From Chlorokybus atmophyticus (Eukaryota > Plantae > Mesostigma and Chlorokybus algae): a stretch of 64,000 nucleotides of DNA. Of this stretch, positions 35,840 through 52,780 are shown one piece after another; position 1 is the first letter of the stretch, and each line of letters starts with the position of its first letter. The notes under the pieces were generated by a model. It ran no database searches. It saw nothing but the letters and a program-made list of their open reading frames with translations, and was not told the DNA's origin. The translations under genes and the position numbers were made by a program. The stretch spans positions 962,912 to 1,026,911 of the forward strand of contig RHPI01001037.1 in assembly GCA_009103225.1 (NCBI GenBank), written 5' to 3'.

Positions 35840-38800
35840 TCAGGAGAAGTTCCACGAATGGTTGGGCTGTGCCATATCGCGCTCAAGCTGGTGAACAGCA
35901 TCCTTGTCACCCTCAAGTGAACTGTAGGAGAGGTCAGCCCGCATGTCCATCAACTCGCTCTGGAATAAGGCGGACGAGGCTGAAGGGTCTGCCAGTGTCG
36001 CCAGGAAGTTAGCAACTTCTTCAGGGCTCTGCAAAGAGTACTTGGCCCGGGACCTCTTGCGGGCCACAGTGCACGAGAAGTACATGTCGGGCTCCGCGCA
36101 TGCCATGTGACTGCCGAGAGAAAACAGCGACGGAGGCGACATGGCGCTTATTGGGCTGCCTGCGCTTGTAGCGTGCTCTGCGGCCGCAGCTGTCAATGAA
36201 TTCATGGAATGCCGCCGGGAACGCAGCATAACGGGGCTAGATGGTGCGCTATCCGGGTCTATTGACGAGCGGCGTCTTGTTGCATCTCCGTCAAAGTACG
36301 AGAAGATGTCCTCATCCTGCAACAACAGAGGCAAAGCATGCTTTCGAGACTCGTTTGTGTGGACAAAGTTACAGGCGTGGGCAGTGTGGGTTACCTTGGT
36401 CAAGAAGTGCCCCATGCACAAGACGAAGTCAAAGGGCAGCTGGTCAGCCCTTGGTGGAAAGTGCTTCTCAGCTATAATTGTCGACAGCAGCTTGCCAATC
36501 GCTGCACCCTGTCACATAGCCATTTACAGTCAATGCTAGCGTGATTGCCAACACACAGCTACACCGCCTAACAGCAAGCATACCTTAGACACGCCGACAG
36601 GCCGAACTTCAACCGACCTGTAACCCTGTATGGCAGAACACTTAATATATATATGCCTAACAACAATTATCTGCCCGCTTGAAACAATGCAACAAACATA
36701 CCTGTACCACATCCACTGCAGCATTTGATATGGGGCCTGTCCACAAATGTTGCAACATGTCCCGAGCTTGTAGCCGACCAAACTCAACATCTGCGTACTT
36801 GTAATTCCACACCAATGACGTTTCGCGAGCCTGTACATATGAGCGCGGCGTGCGCTCACAAAAATAGTCGAAAACCAACTGCCACAGACCAACCTACAGT
36901 TAGTATCTAATGACGCATGCACCCACACATATGCAATGCTATCACTTACCTGTACACTATCCAACCATTCCAGGTTGATTCCTACACTAGCAGTAGAGCT
37001 CCACTCTCCTTTCAGATTGCGGAAAAACAGCCCATGCTCGGCAGCGAGCCATACAGGAAGATTGCCGAAGTCCTCTTCAAGGCGGCTTCGTTTGCAACCA
37101 CTGATTATCAGGACAGTATTGCTTTCGTCCTCAGCAAGCGCCTTTATACTGGCATATGCGGTGGGGTGTACTCGCATATGTGCAGCCTTCACTTGGTCAA
37201 ATTGATGTCGCCGTTGTGCACGAGCCGAGACAGTCAAAGTATTTGTAAAGCCCTACAAAACCGTCCGTTGTATCCAGTCATTCTGACATCTATCTGTAGA
37301 AATGGCACAAACTGTTTATTATGCAACTCACCACCACAATCAGGCGGTTTTGGGCAGTTCGGAAAGGTGTCAACACGTCGCTTGTCTTCAGCCGTGGAGG
37401 AACCCGCAATCTTCTCAGCTTGGCCTCAACCACTGTGTCATTCAGTTCACTACACACATGTAGGACTATAATTAGAGCCCTGATGTACGACACCCTCACA
37501 CAACGAGCATGTCAACTCCAGATAAGGCACACCTCACAAATGTATCGGCCCATGCCTGCGCAGTGTGGGTGGTCACATGCAAAAAGTTGTGGCGATGTCG
37601 TTCTCGCCTTTCACCCTCGCTCATGTTCAAAGCGTCTTCCATGGCGTTGGCCATGTCACCAATGTTCCACGGGTTGACCAGTAAAGCACCCGCTCCAAGA
37701 GACTGCGCAGCTCCTGCAAACTGGCAGAAAGACACCCGGCAGTGAGCACAACACCTTGGGGGCAACAAAAGGGAAAGGAATAATAACAGCACCTAAGCAG
37801 CGTATTGCTCCGCTGAGAAAGGACCTTACCTCGCTAAGAATCAAGACACCCTTGCGGTCTTCTTGACAGGCAACGTACTCGTAGCTGACGAGGTTCATTC
37901 CATCGCGCACAGAAGTCACCAGTGCCACATCTGTTTCACAACACATAGACAATGTTAAACACGTTAAGCAACATGCTTGATGCCGCGCATCTGGTAGCAC
38001 AGAATCACATGTATGCAAAAGCTGCATCGTACCTGTAAGCGCATATAGCGCACAGAGCTCATTGAATTGAAGGGAACGATCCTGCAGCGCGTAAGATGGC
38101 GAGCCATTAGAAGTTGCACATATACTATTGGTGTGGCAAGAAATTTGACAACGATATGTTACATACCAGATGATGTATGGGCACAGACCCAATCGTCCCA
38201 AAGCGTCCATTGATGCGTCCAACAATCTCATGCACTTGCTTTGTAAGGCGTTGATCTGTAGCAGCACCAGTCCATGCGTCCATGGCGGTGAAGGGGTGTA
38301 ATGAGTCATCGATGTCCGTGCACCCTAACAGGTGTGCGTGCCCATCCGCGATGCATAACAACGTTTGGCGCAAGTATCAGTTTGCACAATTGCATGCCCC
38401 AATCATGTTGTCACAAACGCATGTTGTCAACCAAGCTGCCACGTTTGGCAACATGTGACTGTGACAACACGTTTGGCACATGCAAACATAGACTAAGACA
38501 GCAACACTCGTGCACACAGATGCAAAAATGGAGTCTTCTAAGCTCTGTCATGAAGGTGTGGCCATGCATGCTGATGAAGATTGAGTGCATGTGCGTCCTC
38601 AGACTAGCTGCGTGTGGCACATTACCACACCTCCACATACGACAACCAGGTGCAACACTTAGTGGACCACAAGAGAGTGATGCATCAGCATGCATGTGTG
38701 CACTCACATTCAGGAACATCAGTTCGCGAAGGGACAGCGATCTGCACCAAGACAACCTTGTCTCTCCATTCCTTGTTGTCTTCAAGGAACTTCTCAAAGG

Positions 38801-41800
38801 CCAGCAGCTTCTGAGGAATGCCCTTGATTGTGTCTAGCCGGTCCACTCCCAGCATCACCTGTGAAGTTGTATTACAACATGTCAGCCGCAGCCATGCACC
38901 AAAGCGGATAATTGTACCATTTTGCGCAGAACGGACCTTTCTGCCTGCAAACCGCTGCTTTAGTTCCAAGATGTGCTTCTGAACCTCTGGGAGGTGTACT
39001 CCTTCCAGAAACCGCTGTGGGTCAATGCCGATAGGGAACTGCGAAACAATCAGCATGAGCATAGTCCTAACAGCTGCATCACAGGCAGCCTGAACAGCAA
39101 TGTGCCGATTGTTGTTACCGCTGCAACGCGAGTGATGACGCCATCATGCTCAACACCCTCAGGCGTTCCTTCTAACCCAAGGATGCGAGAGCAAGCGCTT
39201 ACAAAGTGACGAGCATAGTCGTAGGTGTGGAAGCTGCGTCACTCAAAGGTCAGTTGGATGCCGATAGGCACGACAACAGCTACTGGCCTATCATGGCCAT
39301 CAACACAATAACTGCATTTCTTTACCCAATAAGGTCTGCGGAAAGCACCCCTCTGAGGATCTCGTCGCGTGCTGGAAGCGTACGGTAGATTTCTGAAGAT
39401 GGAAAGGGCGTGTGCAGAAACCAACCAACCTACAGTTGCGCAACGTGCAAAACACGTTGTGGCTTACACACACCCCAACAATCGAAGAGAGCTCACAGCA
39501 TCAAGTACCATGCGCAGGGCAACTGAGCACACCTTCATCTCAGGATTGAGTGCTTTGAGGTAACTGGGCAGCAGTAACAAGTGGTAGTCGTGGCACCACA
39601 CAACATCCCCAGGCTGATAGATGCTTGCAACCACCCGAGAGAATTGTTCGTTGGCCCTCTTGTACGTCATCCATTGCGTTTGCAGGTTCCTTGTGCCGCC
39701 CAGGTTGTCCTCCACAGGAAGTCCCATATAATGAAACAACGGCCATAACACATTATTGCAATACCCATTATAATACAAAGCCATAATCTGCTCAGTCAGA
39801 TACACTGGGACACAACCCTGTCAAAGCATAGTCTTCATCAACAACAGCCCAATCCGCGTGCGCCACATGGTCACAACAAGTGCCCTTGAGGACAAATACC
39901 TTTTCCTGTAGAGCAGCAGAGAGATTTGCCCTGTCTGCTTCTTCTGGAACCTCAGCACCTGGCCAGCCGATCCATACAGTCTCAAAGTTTTGCTTCACGC
40001 CTGCAGCGCTCGAAGTCAACAGCCGACAACATGTCGCTCAGATATTGAACTTATCTATAACTGAAATTGGCATGCAAACTCTGGTTATATTGCGGATGCC
40101 ATGTAGCAAACACAGTTGACACAGCAACCAGACTTGCATGCAACGCGCACCAAGCAACGCAGACACAAGGCCACCCGCACTAAGCACCAATCTCCACGAG
40201 CCATCGACATTGCGAGTTGCGGTGATGGGCAGCCTGTTGGCAACCACAAGAAGACGCTGTCGGACAGGCGCAGACTCGTCTGCCTGCAGTCATGTAAGCA
40301 TTGGTTTCATTGTATCCAGGTCAGCACTGGTAGAAATAACGCAGGGTTAGCTGCCAACAGGCAGCCTCAATGAATCCTCACCTCTGCAACAGTTGGTGGG
40401 ATATCAGCTGGAGGCGGTGGTATTGCTGCCGCAAATGCTGCAATTGCTGCTGCAGCCTGATCTAGTGCAGCAGCCTCTGCTGCAGCGTCGGAAGGTGCTG
40501 GAGCCAAGTAATCCTGCAGCAATCCACAGCTTGGGATCATAGTCGTCATATGCGCACGGGTGCCACCCCGACACATTTACCTCAGTTGTCTTGCGACCAT
40601 GAGCGCTGGGAGGCCGAACAAGCTCTGTAGTTTTATCTCGCACAGCCCGACCGATCTCCTCGGATATGCGTGCAGCGCGCTCCCGTAGCAAACGATCCAC
40701 GCGTGTCGAAGCTAATGCAGAGGATGGCAGCGGTGACCGCCGCATTGCAGTAAGCAGAGGTGCAGCCGACTGCGGCCGTTGCTCCAAACTACTTACGTCA
40801 GGACCTGAAAACGAAAACATAGTGTTTCTACTAGGACGCATGCCTTGTGCAACTTGCAAGACTACCGACAGTAAGTCATTGTGCATGGACCAAAGTGCTC
40901 AATGGTTCCATAAGGAAGCGTGCCTCATGCAACTTGCAAGACTCCCGCCGAACAGCAAATAATTGTGAAAGATTTTCCAGTGCTTGAACCAACCGCTGCA
41001 GCCTGCAGCGGTGATCAGAGTGGTGACTGCGCATATCTATTCGTGCCTGGAACAGATGTGACCCACAACGAGCAGTCCCTACATGCCAACCTTGATGCGA
41101 TATTCACAAACGGCTAAGCAGTCGTCAATGTGACTATTTACTAAGGCGCCACCAACTATGACCCTGCCAGCAGTACCATGCACAACTCTGGTTGGACTAC
41201 GTGTCCCCCCCCCCCCCCCCCCCCCCCCNNNNNNNNNNCCGAACGCGACATTCTGCTCCTTCGTTGAAAGCCCAAGATCGGGCCCCCCCCCCCCCCCCCC
41301 CCCCCTTCTCTTTCACTCGCATGCACCATCTCCCGGTGTTCATGGACTGCATTGCCATGGCAGCTTCATCCTATCCCGTGTGCATGGTATGCATATGCAT
41401 ATGCATGCCCACGTACATGCTTTGCCGAAGCAAACGGGCGTGAAAATGCACGACTTCCACATGCAGCCGACACTGCAGCATCCTACCATGCTTTGCCTAT
41501 GACGCCGAACACGTGGGAAGTAAGTTCGCAAAGGTATGATGCATTCAATGGCAAGCAACAACGGAACCTCTGACGAAACTGACATATCAAGACACCAATG
41601 GCTGTTGAGTAACTGTTGATACAATGGCAATGGTGGGCTGCACAACAGCCGAAGTCTCGTATATGTTGACAGCGCAACCCTGATCACCGTGGACTGCTTG
41701 TATCGGGCGGCAACAACGCGAACCTGCAGTTTTGTGAGGCTTGCGTTGCATGCATGAACAACATACCGTCATGCCCGACTGGCGTCATCGCCGTCCTGGG

Positions 41801-42019
41801 CCGCTCCTCGTCAACTGGCTGCTGCGAGATAAACAGCCGCTCGCTGGTGCTTTTGCGCAGCGCTTCGCGGCGCAGGCCGTCACTTGACAGCTTCTTGCCG
41901 GCTGCATCCTGCGGTGGAGGTGGTGGCTTCTGCTGTGACGGCGACGGCGAAGCCGCCGCCTCCTGCTGCTGTTCCCCAAGTAGCCCCATACCCGCGACCA
42001 CCCCCGGCTCCGGCACCAT
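35840..42019 (-). CDS. TPS1: Class I trehalose-6-phosphate synthase with long N-terminal extension, spliced (5' and 3' ends approximate)
   Basis: VANRLP, SAGGLVSALLG, WIGWPG, YYNGYCNNVLWPLFHY, VWCHDYHL, FLHTPFPSSEIYR, FHTYDYARHF, FPIGID, GVDRLD.IKGIPQK, DGMNLVSYEY, LSEFAGAAQSLGAGA. The TPP-like domain starts NRLIV.GFTNTLT with no DxDxT, which is the class I hallmark. Confidence 0.96.
41206..41305. repeat. Two poly-C tracts (poly-G on the TPS transcript) flanking a 10-N gap in a TPS intron
   Basis: C-runs at about 41206-41228 and 41284-41305 with Ns between, read directly. Confidence 0.9.
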
Positions 42020-42852
42020 GTGATGGCATACCCGCAGACGGAAGGGAACAACAGCTACACCACTAAGCTCTAAACACACTTTTTCCTCTCTGCACACTCA
42101 CCCCGCCAGCTGGCCTTAGGGTTTCGGTACACACTGGTACTGTTGCAGTGTGCAGCTTGTCAAACCCTGCGACCAGCTGTCAAATAAGAACACACCCAAG
42201 CAGCGCAACATTTCACACACAGTCGACATGCAAGCCACGACACAAAGCCTGCTGGTACTACCTTCTGCGCACACAATTATTACACGGGCATGAACCAAAG
42301 CACACAGAATGCTGCGTCAGCTCACCTGTATTCTAACCCAAGCTCCTCAAACACTTCATCTGCCAAGACGTCGCCTTCAAGACGGCATGAGTGTACGCCT
42401 ACGTGCTGTCAGCTGGCGTCAAAGCCCTGCCGCCGCCTGTGCCGAAGGCTTCTCAGTACATACGTGCAAGCCACCTGCTGCAGCAGTGTGGCGCTGCCAG
42501 CTGGCGCCCTATCAGCCGCTCCCGCAATGTGTACTGCACGATCTGACTTGTATGTGTAATTAAAATGATTCTACTGATTCAGCACTGTTCATGTGTTGAT
42601 CAGTTTCATGAGTGATGTTCATGAGATACCAGCCAAGATGCCGCATCAACGGAATCGCGCTGAGCCCATCATAGGCTATGATTCATGGCGCAGTCTCTGG
42701 CCCAGAGATCCTATGAGTTGCTTTATACAGTGAAGCAAGTATGCACGAAACGCCATGCTTGTAGCTGGTCTTATCGCCGCGATATAGGCATGCAGTACCA
42801 AGCGTGACGGACGTGCATCATCACACCAGCCTCAAGCGTGACGCTATTGCAC

Positions 42853-42861
42853 TTTCCCGCC
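42853..42861 (+). promoter_or_regulatory. E2F consensus site upstream of MCM7
   Basis: TTTCCCGCC matches TTTSSCGC and lies about 155 nt before the MCM7 ATG. MCM genes are canonical E2F targets. Confidence 0.7.
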
Positions 42862-43016
42862 ATTTTGCAGTCAGCCCTGGGCGGTTGGGGGCGGCGGAGG
42901 CGGCGTCCGCGGTGAGGAGGTTGATGACTTTGTTGTTCTTTACATCGTGCGCCTACCACTCCTCCACCGTTGCTTCCAGCCCCCTCAGTTGAGGCAGAAC
43001 AGCAGTTGGTGTAAGC

Positions 43017-46925
<3,909 letters not shown>

Positions 46926-48465
46926 CTGAAGTAACTCATCAACATGCTAGGTAGGGCAGGAGCGTTTACTGTATATTATAGTAGTAGGTCTGAGGGCAAT
47001 GCAATCCCCAACGTAGCTGCAGTGTACACAATGATTACAACGTGTGGTGATAATTGCAGATGCACTATCTCTGCTACTTGTACGTGATGTTGTGCATCAA
47101 AAGTAGCAAACTTCAAAGTCTCACGACTTTAATGGGGTGCAGTATAATACAAGCTGCAGTGGCTTCTGCAGCTGTCGTCAACACGAATAACAGAGTGTGA
47201 CTTTTCTCAACCTACATACAGCTTCCGCCTCGCCTTGCCTGCCTGCTCCTGCTCGTCACTATCGTTGCTGGCGCCCTCTGCACGGCCTAACCTATAGCCC
47301 TTGTGCTACAGGCCTTCTGTTACTTGCTCTTGCATTGGACCTTGCCTGCCTGTCCGCCTTCGCCACCGCCCTGCATGCTTAGCTAGAGGCACACATGTAG
47401 CCTACATAGGCCTGCTGTTTGTAACTCATGGTGTGCCTCTGCCTTGACCTGTTTGTGTATGTGCTATTGCGTATGATTGTGTGTGCTTGTGAGTGACATT
47501 GCATTAGCGACACTTGGTCAGCCTACATAAAACACATAAAGCTTAGCAGTGCAAACTGCGTGTGCAAATGTAAGAGTCGAGCACACGCAAGCAATAGCAT
47601 TACCACACAAGCAAGACAGAAATTGAGGGGGCCAGAGCACCGCTAGTGATACTAATCGCTGACTAGACCATGAACCACAAGCTAGACAACCACCAACACA
47701 AGCAACACAAGCAGGCTGGCAGGGCAGGGTAGGACGTCAGCACCACCTGCGCAGCAGAGGTGTAGGCGTCAGGTCCACTGCAGCAGCAGCAGGAGGCGAC
47801 GACGACGATAACAGCAACGACAATATACATGCTGAAAGGCCCAGCCAGTTGTTGCCTTGCTTGGCCTTGCTTGCTTGCTGCTGTTGTTTAATACTAACTG
47901 CCTGTTCCCTGACACTGCATACACGAAAGATGACTTATACCCTATGCATACACAGATCTTGGGTTGTGTCAGTGAGTCAGTCAGTCAGTCCATCAGTCTT
48001 GCCTATGTACATACGGTGCGTAGAATACCAAGGCGCCAATGGTAAGTTTACTACCGCTAAGCTTATTTTGGTCATCGAGTGCAGCAGCCAATGAAGGCAC
48101 TGCTGTCTTTGCCATACTCATTGTACACAGCATGCTCTCATCATGTGCACACCTTGCATACTTCAGCATTCATTGCTGCGCAACATGGCGATGCCAACCG
48201 CAAAGTACAGTATGGCATAAACCATGGCCACAGAGGTCCAGTACGTTTAACATGTTTTCTTAGAGAGTCAGGTCACGTGAAGCTGCAAATCATACGCATC
48301 AACAACCAAAACCTACAGAGTCAGAACTGCAGGACCCTATGAGCAATAGCCCTAGCATGTTACCTAGTTGCTGCACAATGGTTCCTACGACACCCAATGA
48401 GTCAACCCCAACTATTTACACACTAGCAACAGTAACAGACATAATCAAGACAATGTACGATATGT

Positions 48466-51400
48466 TCACTCCACGTCAGTGTTGTCAAGGCGCTGATAGC
48501 TCCAACCATAGCCTTTCTGGCTGCCATCAAACATGAGCACAGCACTGTGAAACCTGCAAACACAAATCACCAGTCAGAATGAGAGGTGGTAAACAGTGCC
48601 AATGCAGTCCTCAGACAGCAAACTTACCGGCGGAGGGCAGGGCGATGCGCAATGGAGAGCAATGTGATGCCCGCCTCATGCAAGCGCTGGTACAACTTCT
48701 CTTCACCATCCGCACTCACGGCTGATGTGCACTCGTCCAACACAGCAAACCTGCAACAACAACAACATCACCATCAATGCATACCAGCTGGACTGCATGC
48801 GCCGGGCAAGGCAACGGTACGCACTTGGGACGGTGGAAAAGTAGCCTTGCCATCGCCAGTCTCTGCTTTTCACCACCAGAGAGAGTATCTGACCAGCTCT
48901 GCTCGCGAGCCAGCCAAGTTGGAGTTACGTCAGTGTTAGAACTGGCTTACAATCAGCAAGCACTTGAAGCATGCATACCTGGACTGTGTCCCACCCCTGC
49001 CCGCGCTGCAGGAGGTATCCAATTTCTGTGGCTTCAAGACACTGCTCCAGGCGGGCATCCTCCATGCGCACGTCGCTGATGCCTTTGACCTCCCCGTTCT
49101 CTTGAGCGACCACGCGCGGCTTATCCGGGTACAGCAGCTGGTCTCTTAGCGTCCCGCTCACCAGGTACGGGCGCTGTCAGTTGAGCAGGTCAGCTCTTGG
49201 CACCCACAATTATGCAACCGAATAGGTGTCAAAAAGGAACAACAAATCAGCCCGTCATGTACGCAGATGAGGACACGTGGGCACACCTGTGACAAGTAGA
49301 ACATGTCCTGCCGCGGCGGCCGCGTTACGGTTCCGTGTTGCAGAGGCCAGAGCTCCGCCAGCACCCGGAACAAAGATGACTTGCCACTGCCAAGTCAAGT
49401 GTTTATGAGCGGCTTAGTTAGTGTGCAATGCAAATCAGTACACGGCAAACGCGTGCCTCTAACACTACATGTCATTCACCGTATACCTGCCATTGGGTCC
49501 CATGATCATGACGGACTCCCCCTGCTTGACCTCAAAGCCCAGCTCTTTGACCAGCAGCGTGCCCTCTGGTGAATGCAGAGTGACCCGGTCAAACCTAACC
49601 AGATGCAGGAGTGACTGGTCAGAATTTGAAGTTGGAAGTGTTCTACCGGAACAATGCGAGCTTACAAACATATTTAAGACAGACTCACACAATTGAATTG
49701 CCAAGCAGCATCTTGGGTGGGGGCGGGGGCGGGAGAGCGGGGTCAGAGTCATCCATGATTGAGTCAGCTCCGCCAGCCTGTACGTGCTTCAGTGCTATGG
49801 CTTGCTTCTGGCCATCTTTGGTGCTCAAGGTCTTCACTGTCTCCACGAGCTCGGACACACGAGACGTGTGACCCGCCAGCGCTGTCACGCGCTTGTAGAC
49901 CAACACGAGCTGAGCAATTGCCGTTGATGTGTTCTGCATATATACATAGAACTTCTCAGTCACACACACTTGCCTTGTCGACCATGCAATGCAAGCATCC
50001 CCAGCGTTGAATCATTTGAACTTGCCATCATGAGCCGCATTGCACGGATGTAGTCACCAGTCAAGTCTTGAGCAGTGTTGTTGCTCTGTTGGCCAACACC
50101 ACACATAACTCAGCAGATGCATGGTCTCAGCACTGTGCAGCCTATTGATAAGCGAGTTACACGCACCTTGGGTCTTAGATACAGCGGGACTGCGTACACT
50201 GCAAGTCCGACAACAGATGCTGCATACTTGACCATATACCCGTCCACACACTGAAAACATAATGTGTTAGAACAGACCTGGGACAAGCAACTCAACACAC
50301 CAGTCAAGCCCACCTGTTGAATAAACTTCTGGAATGCTGTCAAGCGCCAATGGTGCAAAAGCCGGTCCAGGTGGCGGTTGAGAATCAGCCGCTCCGTCTC
50401 TCCTCCCGGCGGATCATTGAAGGCAATCTCCTCAGCGTTTGCGACCACTCTGCAAGTGTAGAAGTAGGGGTACTTCAACTGCCTGCAACTGGTGGGTTTA
50501 CCTACTGAAGTATGCCGCAGGAAGCTCACCTTTGGTGTGCGCTTCGGAAGCTGCCAGTCAGTGCGGCTTCCTGTGAAGTCATCAGTGCCAATGGAGGACT
50601 GATGCCGCGCAAGACAACAGAGCAAAAAGCAAAGTAGGCATACAGCGCAAACTGGCCCTTGTACCTGCGCACAAAAAGATTTCAATGACCAAGGAACTGA
50701 ACCACAGTGGATGCACTTGTCCTAATGATCAAGTGTTCAACCATACATAACGTAGTTTGTTGCAGCCACTGCCATGTGTTCTTAATCTTACCCTATAGAA
50801 CGGGCCAAGGAGCGCGTGAACAGGATAACGTCCAATAGCGGCTTGAAAGTGTATGAAAACAGCTCGCTAATGTTGGTACAGAACTTCTCCACATCTTCAG
50901 TAATGCGCTGCAGCTCACACAATGTCATCCCCCGTGCACAAACCGAGCCTGCACATCAGCAAAACTGCCATGCAGCACACCTGGTCTGCATTTGAGAGTC
51001 CTCCGAGGATTGATGCTGCATAGTACGCACGGTTGCCCATGTACATATGGTGAAGCTTTTCTGTTAGCCGCCGCCGGAAAGCGATTGCGATCATTGACTG
51101 AGCATGAAGATATGCAGTTTTAACAATCCAGGCAACTAACAATTGTCAGAACTGCTGTTACAAACGTACATGCACCCACCTGCATGCATTTCAGACCACT
51201 GTTCACTAGCGCAGCTGGAATGCATGTTATAGCAAACGCTTTGGTGGTATTGAAGAACGCCGGCCAGTCCTGCAACAGTTCAAGAAGCAGTTACTCGCTG
51301 CATGCTTCTCAAAACAGCTTGAAATAGATGATAGCGTACTGCAAGCAAAATGAACTAGTTTCAAAAGTAGCTGACCTGTGAAACAATGGTCTTGCCACAT

Positions 51401-52382
51401 TGCCCCTCAAGCCCAGCAATGCGATCTGCAATGTGTAAGCAACAGTAAGCAACAGCAGCACATGCAACCTGCACATTCGGGCAAAAAATGCGATGAAGGT
51501 CACCCGCTGCAACACACTATGCAGTTGAAATAACCTCAACACCGCTCTACTGTGCTACAATGACAGTGAAGCGCAAAGTGACCATGCAAACTAATTGCAA
51601 TTGTGGCAATCGGCAAAGTCGGTTGCTGAGTGTGATGTGTCCACGACACGATAAACAACAAATTGTGAGAAATGTACCTGTAAGCAGTGTTCTGCTGACC
51701 AAGAGAACTGTTTGCAACGCCACATACAACGCCTCTTTGGACTGCAGCGATGGCACGCAAACACGCAGCGTGCCAAGCAGCCGCTTGAAAAACAGTGCAT
51801 CCACAGCTACCTGTAGTGCCACTCGAGCTTAGTAAACACAGCATGCATGTCACAAGCTTTAGAGGAAAGAACACCTCACGCACGCGCATGTGATGCACAT
51901 GTCTGCAGCAGCGACAACTATTCTAAATGTCTTCGTGGTTGCATGTTACGCATGCAAATAAATTTAGTACATCAAGCACCTAGTAGTAACAAAATAAGAG
52001 TAGTGTTATGCGCGCTCGCAACGCACCAGCAGCAAGCAATGTGAGAAATGCCAACTGAGCTTAAAATTGCAGCTCAAGCAGGAGAAGGGCATGCAAAACG
52101 GCGCTAAAAAGCCGCAGACAACCTGTCTCACATTGGCACAACAGCGCCAAAACAAGCAAAAGCACTCCAGTTCCCGCCCACCTTTGGGCGGCGCTTCTCC
52201 CCTGCAGCGGCAGCTAGGCCGACTTCCCTGTTGCACGCGTCGGCGAGGCGGCGCTGTATCCGCTGCGCTCGCTTGATGCGGGCTCTTAGCTCCAGCAGGC
52301 CGGCCACTCCGCCACACACGGCCAGCGCCGCAAGCGCCCGCCTCTGGCTCTTGCTAAGCCCGCCCACAAAAGACGCCCCCAT
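48466..52382 (-). CDS. ABC transporter subfamily D (peroxisomal-type), half-size TMD+NBD, spliced
   Basis: [23 protein letters not shown]-like NAEEIAF, Walker [62 protein letters not shown]. Ends [16 protein letters not shown]. Confidence 0.94.
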
Positions 52383-52780
52383 GGCGGATCTGCTAGCAGA
52401 TTCCCCCTACCAGGCCCGGCCAAGCCAGGAGCGGCCAAGCCAGGAGAGGCCAGGCCGGTAGCCGGCGACAGCGGCCCTCTTCCAAACCTCCCTCGCCGCC
52501 ACCCGCCTACTACTCACAGAGCATAGTGTGCTGAGTACTGACAGCACTTGTTGCACACAGCTCCACCCCGCTACCACTACCCCGACCGCCCCACCGCCGC
52601 CGCCCACAACGCCGACAACACCGCTAAGTTGAAGGATGCCACAGCCGTGAGCCTGTCTCAGGTAGCCCTAATATGCTTATACAACTCAGCGCTCAAGAGT
52701 CTAGAGTATGCTTACATCGAAGGGGCCATCCAAACTGAACACTTCGCTTTCGGTGCGAGCCGTAACAGCTGCTGGGCTTC

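Noticed and set aside
4617-42019. SPP and TPS1 in the same window as a sugar-phosphate cluster
   Set aside because: They are separated by about 28 kb of unrelated genes, so chance proximity is sufficient.
42924-42992. 22-codon uORF just before MCM7 (second bicistron candidate)
   Set aside because: It lies between a GTGAGG donor (about 42912) and a CTCAG acceptor (about 42988), so it is probably inside a 5' UTR intron.
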